A DNA stretch of 64,000 bases from Oceanobacter sp. (lineage in GTDB: Bacteria > Pseudomonadota > Gammaproteobacteria > Pseudomonadales > Oceanobacteraceae): positions 4,649-68,648 of the forward strand of contig NVWL01000053.1 of assembly GCA_002733645.1 (NCBI GenBank), in the 5' to 3' direction. Both the position numbers and the translations under genes were made by a program. The notes beneath the pieces are model-generated. The model saw nothing but the letters and a program-made list of their open reading frames with translations. It ran no database searches and was not told the origin of the DNA. This document shows, in pieces, positions 60,495 to 64,000 of the stretch (its first letter is position 1; each line of letters begins with the position of its first letter).

Positions 60495-61726
60495 GCATCT
60501 GTGATCAGGAAGGCCTACAAAAAGCATTAACCCCCGTCGCCGATGCGTTAATGCAAATATTGGCTTCAGTGACACCTATTACACACATAGAAACAATTCC
60601 GCTTAATAAAGCCTATGGACGCATATTAGCTAGCGCAGCCGTTAGCCCGATGAATGTCCCACCGGAAGATAACTCCGCGATGGATGGCTACGCCATAGGC
60701 GAATTAGGCTATCGAGAATACACCTGTGTTGGAGAAGCGTTTGCCGGGCACCCGTATCAAGGCACGGTAAAACCGGATGAATGCATACGCATCATGACCG
60801 GTGCCCCCGTGCCGAGTGATTGCTCGCTGGTAGAAATGCAAGAAAACGCCACAGTGGTAGGCAATGTCGTTACATTTACAGAAACACTAAAAGCGGGATC
60901 GAATATACGCCGAGCTGGTGAAGACATTGCACTGGGTTCACATGTGTTAACGGCAGGCCGCCGATTAACCCCATCCGATTGTGGATTACTGGCCAGTATT
61001 GGGCTTGCTCAAGTCGAAGTAAAAACCCCGATTAAAGTTGCATTGTTTACCACCGGCGATGAACTGATAGCACCGGGTACTGCTTTAAAAGCGGGGCAAA
61101 TTTACGAAAGTAATTCGTATGTGCTCACGCCTATTCTGCAAAAATTAGGCGCTGAATTAATTGTACTGCCCGCCGTAGAAGATAATGAAAACTCCATTAA
61201 AAAAGCGCTTCACGACGCAAGTGAAAAAGCCGACATCGTCATAACCTGCGGTGGCGTATCCGTGGGCGACGCCGACTACACACGTAAAGCCGTTGAGGCA
61301 TTAGGCCAGCTTGAATTATGGAAACTCGCCATGAAACCGGGCAAACCATTAGCGTTTGGTCGTATTATTAATTGCTTATTTTTAGGTCTACCGGGGAACC
61401 CGGTGTCGGCATTAGTGACACTGCATCAAGTGGGCTTGCCTCTTTTACGGAAACTGAGTGGCGAGCAAGTCACGCCTAATATTCGTTTATCTGCCACAAC
61501 CACGGAAATACTGCGTAAACGACCGGGCCGAGCGGATTATCAGCGCGGCATTGCCTCGGTTAATTCGCCAGGACAGCTTGAAGTGCGAAGCACCGGCCTA
61601 CAAGGCTCAGGTATTTTAACCTCAGTGAGCCAAGCGAATTGTTTTATTGTGCTGGAACAAGAGCGCGGGCGAGTGGAAATTGGCGAAACGGTCATGGTTG
61701 AAATGTTTGACGAGTGGTTAAAGTAG
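60491..61726 (+). CDS. moeA: Molybdopterin molybdotransferase MoeA
   Basis: The ATG at 60491 overlaps the upstream stop (ATGA). ...PPEDNSAMDGYA..., ...GGVSVGDADY... and ...PGNPVSA... are present. Confidence 0.9.
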   Translation: MSICDQEGLQKALTPVADALMQILASVTPITHIETIPLNKAYGRILASAAVSPMNVPPEDNSAMDGYAIGELGYREYTCVGEAFAGHPYQGTVKPDECIRIMTGAPVPSDCSLVEMQENATVVGNVVTFTETLKAGSNIRRAGEDIALGSHVLTAGRRLTPSDCGLLASIGLAQVEVKTPIKVALFTTGDELIAPGTALKAGQIYESNSYVLTPILQKLGAELIVLPAVEDNENSIKKALHDASEKADIVITCGGVSVGDADYTRKAVEALGQLELWKLAMKPGKPLAFGRIINCLFLGLPGNPVSALVTLHQVGLPLLRKLSGEQVTPNIRLSATTTEILRKRPGRADYQRGIASVNSPGQLEVRSTGLQGSGILTSVSQANCFIVLEQERGRVEIGETVMVEMFDEWLK

Positions 61727-61806
61727 CTGCCTGCAAGTTAAGCGGTTAGGAAAAATAACAAAGTGGCTGGACTCGCTTCACTCGCCCTTGCTGGCAGGCG
61801 TTATAG
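61726..61806 (+). mobile_element. attC-like site A (weak)
   Basis: TAAC-AAA...GGC-GTTATAG (61756-61806) has VCR-like ends, but internal pairing is poor. An alternative imperfect stem pairs GCTGCCTGCAAG (61726) with CTTGCTGGCAGGC (61787). Confidence 0.3.
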
Positions 61807-61874
61807 ATTCTCCTAGCCCTTCCTCTATCGCTGTACTAACATGTAATACAAGTAACTACACTTAGGGTGGCTTC

Positions 61875-62141
61875 ATGAGTATTACAAGTATCCGGCTTTC
61901 TGACGATATTGATCAGCCTCTAGAATCTTTGGCTAAAAAGCTCGACAGGAGCAAAAACTATCTTATAAATCAAGCAATTAAAGAGTTTTTGGTGAAGCAG
62001 TCTCTTGAGGACTCTAGGTGGCAAGATACCCTCGAGGCACTTGAATCCATTAAAGCGGGTAAGTCCCTTGAAGAGACAGATGTTAATGCCTGGCTCAATA
62101 GTTGGGGGACTGGCGCCAGAAAATCCCCGCCTCAAGTATGA
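61875..62141 (+). CDS. Ribbon-helix-helix (CopG/ParD-type) antitoxin
   Basis: 88 aa. The N-terminus is ITSIRLSDDIDQPLESLAKKLDRSKNYLINQAIKEFL. The stop overlaps the toxin start (ATGA). Confidence 0.8.
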   Translation: MSITSIRLSDDIDQPLESLAKKLDRSKNYLINQAIKEFLVKQSLEDSRWQDTLEALESIKAGKSLEETDVNAWLNSWGTGARKSPPQV

Positions 62142-62425
62142 AGGTTAAATACTCACCAGAGTCCATCGAAGACCTTCAAAGAGTTGTCGAATTTATAGAG
62201 AATAAGAATGCTTATGCTGCTCGTAGAGCTGCTATCGACATTCAAGAGGGTGTCCAAAAGCTAAAGGATTTCCCTCTAATTGGTTTGCCAGTGCCTAAAG
62301 CCTCTGATCCAGAGAAGATTAGAGATATCTACATAAGCCAATTTACCGTTCGCTATTTAGTCACCAGTGAGGTCATTTATATTTTGAGAGTTTGGCATGG
62401 CAAAGAGAACGAAAAAAATTTATAA
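62138..62425 (+). CDS. RelE/ParE-superfamily toxin (ParE-like)
   Basis: 95 aa. MKVKYSPESIEDLQRVVEFIENKNAYAARRAA...FPLIG...IYILRVWHGKE shows the typical ParE_toxin layout. Confidence 0.8.
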   Translation: MKVKYSPESIEDLQRVVEFIENKNAYAARRAAIDIQEGVQKLKDFPLIGLPVPKASDPEKIRDIYISQFTVRYLVTSEVIYILRVWHGKENEKNL

Positions 62426-62479
62426 CAAACCGCTCAAAGTTGACGCCACAAGACGGCGCAATATAGCGGGACGTTAAGT
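62423..62479 (+). mobile_element. attC-like recombination site B
   Basis: TAAC, overlapping the toxin stop codon, pairs with GTTA of GTTAAGT, which matches the core GTTRRRY. A 3x3 unpaired spacer follows, then CCGCT/AGCGG, then TTG(A)CGCC/GGCGCAA with one bulged base and a 7-nt loop. The ends resemble Vibrio VCR ends. Confidence 0.6.
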
Positions 62480-62581
62480 GTATGAAAATGGAAAATCACA
62501 TAGCTATGGTTTTTGCCAACACCTTCTGGGAAATAAACAAGACAGTCTAAATAAGAAAAAACCCTTCGATTTTTCGCATGA

Positions 62582-62983
62582 AATTTAACCATTAAGATTT
62601 TCCATAGGGGAGTTGGTTCAAACAAAGAAAAGACAGTCACTCGAAGAAAAACTTGTTCGTTTCCCTCTAAGCCCCAGATTAAAAAGCTTGTTCAGTCCAT
62701 CTTGTCTGCGGGAACCAATGTAGTTATGGACTTCCCTGCAAACACCCTGTCACAAAGAGATTGGTTTCGGGATATTTTCTCCGAAATTGAAGCTCCACAT
62801 AATTTGGTATACATCGACCTGTCAAATGAGGTCTGCTTAAAACAGATTGAACAACGGCGCAAAGAACAGCCTGAAAGAGCGGCAACTGATACACCAGATA
62901 TGTTTGAGCAGGTTACAAAGTATTTTATGGCTCCCACCCCCGAGGAAGGCTTCAATATCACCAAAGTGGCGAAAAATGCATAA
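62582..62983 (+). pseudogene. Decayed P-loop kinase/ATPase-like gene (AAA_33-like C-terminal part)
   Basis: The open frame runs from 62582 with no ATG until late. ...GVGSNKEKTV... sits where a GxxGxGKST Walker A motif would be. The C-terminal part (62702..62983) resembles small ATP-binding/kinase proteins. Confidence 0.35.
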
Positions 62984-63027
62984 CGAGGCGCGGCTAAGGA
63001 AAATTGATATTCCTCCGCTTTAATCTA
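62981..63027 (+). mobile_element. attC-like site C (degenerate)
   Basis: TAAC again overlaps the stop codon. GCGG(CTA)AGGAA/TTCCTCCGC forms a stem with a 3-nt bulge and an 8-nt loop. The right end reads CTTTAAT rather than GTTRRRY. Confidence 0.3.
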
Positions 63028-63148
63028 GCTTTGTAGCGCAATTGAAATACAGCAAGATTCGGGTCGGCAGTCATCATTTCGCCTCCTAATATGACATCCG
63101 TTCGGGCGCTTGCCCTTTAATTGTCAGCAGAACTAGGAGACATAATTG

Positions 63149-63913
63149 ATGAACATACTGGCCAACAAAGTTGCTATTGTTACCGGTGCTAGCTCCGGTA
63201 TTGGTTACGCAACCGCGAAGCTTTTTGCGCAAGAAGGTGCTGCCGTCGTGGTGGCTGCAAGGCGACAAGCGGAACTCGACGAGCTTGCGGATTCAATCAA
63301 GGCGGAAGGAGGGGTGGCTCTGGCACTAGCGGGTGACGTTGGTGATGAGGCTTTTGCCAAAGCTCTGGTAGATAAGGCGGTAAGTCATTTCGGTGGACTG
63401 GATATCGCTTTCAACAACGCGGGTATCTTGGGGGCTATAGGCCCTGTCCCTGAGATGTTGCAAAGCGATTGGAATCAGGTTCTTGCGACGAACTTAACCA
63501 GCGCATTTTTGAGCGCAAAGTACCAACTGCCCGCTATGGCTACCCGAAAAGGAGGTTCGTTGATTTTCACCTCTACCTTCGTTGGTTACACCGCAGGTAT
63601 GCCAGGTATGGCGGCTTATGCAGCCAGTAAGGCGGGCCTTATTGGATTAACTCAAGTGCTGGCGTCAGAGCATGGGCCTCAGAATATCCGGGTTAATGCC
63701 CTTCTGCCCGGTGGTACTGATACGCCTGCGGGACGTGAGTTTGCCAATACGCCAGAAGCATTAGCGTTTGTGCATAACCTGCATGCTCTCAAGCGTATGG
63801 CGACACCCGATGAAATTGCTCAATCCGCATTATACTTAGCATCCGGTGCCTCCAGCTTCACCACGGGATCTGCAATGCTGGTCGATGGCGGTGTATCTAT
63901 AAATCGTGTTTGA
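63149..63913 (+). CDS. Short-chain dehydrogenase/reductase
   Basis: The ATG at 63149 lies 8 nt after AGGAGA. TGASSGIG, NNAG and YAASK are present. Confidence 0.85.
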   Translation: MNILANKVAIVTGASSGIGYATAKLFAQEGAAVVVAARRQAELDELADSIKAEGGVALALAGDVGDEAFAKALVDKAVSHFGGLDIAFNNAGILGAIGPVPEMLQSDWNQVLATNLTSAFLSAKYQLPAMATRKGGSLIFTSTFVGYTAGMPGMAAYAASKAGLIGLTQVLASEHGPQNIRVNALLPGGTDTPAGREFANTPEALAFVHNLHALKRMATPDEIAQSALYLASGASSFTTGSAMLVDGGVSINRV

Positions 63914-63924
63914 GAGATCACGCA

Positions 63925-64000
63925 ATGTCAGACTATGACCGAATCGCAAGCGCTATGACCTATTTGGTTGATAGGGCAGCGGATCAGCCCAGCCTTGAAG
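63925..64000 (+). CDS. 5' end of a gene continuing past the window (possibly an AraC-type regulator)
   Basis: MSDYDRIASAMTYLVDRAADQPSLE... resembles the start of AraC/Ada-type HTH domains. Only 25 codons are visible. Confidence 0.3.
   Translation, partial: MSDYDRIASAMTYLVDRAADQPSLE

Noticed and set aside
62434-62640. A 68-aa minus-strand ORF in the second putative cassette, and a 90-aa minus-strand ORF at 62692-62964.
   Set aside because: Both are antisense to the better-supported kinase-like frame. They have no RBS and resemble no family I recognise.

Overview
This is a chromosomal segment from what looks like a marine gammaproteobacterium (taxonomy inferred only from gene content and synteny). 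About 50 to 55 credible genes are present, mostly housekeeping. They include ahpC/ahpF, a cold-shock protein, yeiP, a LysR-controlled two-subunit pyruvate carboxylase plus a beta-carbonic anhydrase, and a Pho-box-controlled Tat-exported PhoD. Also present are transketolase, fumC, the block thiL-nusB-ribH-ribBA-ribE-ribD-nrdR, glyA, ettA and moeA. I found no rRNA, tRNA, CRISPR array, IS element or prophage.

Several accessory islets interrupt this backbone:
1. An AT-rich, roughly 1.4 kb insert splits ahpC from ahpF. It carries three collinear small minus-strand ORFs, the first with a GHH...N...H spacing that could be a nuclease finger.
2. An AT-rich 1170-aa secreted protein has thrombospondin-type-3 calcium repeats and a GlyGly-CTERM (rhombosortase) sorting tail. 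It sits next to an orphan periplasmic binding protein.
3. A TetR / Baeyer-Villiger monooxygenase / twin-SDR cluster has unusual tandem direct repeats in its control region.
4. A lipoprotein shows clear similarity to PETase/cutinase-type polyesterases.
5. Three tandem paralogues of a 'metal-dependent hydrolase'-like protein carrying ExxH motifs are wedged between glyA and nrdR.
6. At the right end, attC-like sites bracket a ParE/RelE toxin-antitoxin cassette and a decayed P-loop gene, with no integrase in the window.

None of these can be called a new system from sequence alone. The ahpC/ahpF islet, the triplicated block and the attC cluster are the best leads.
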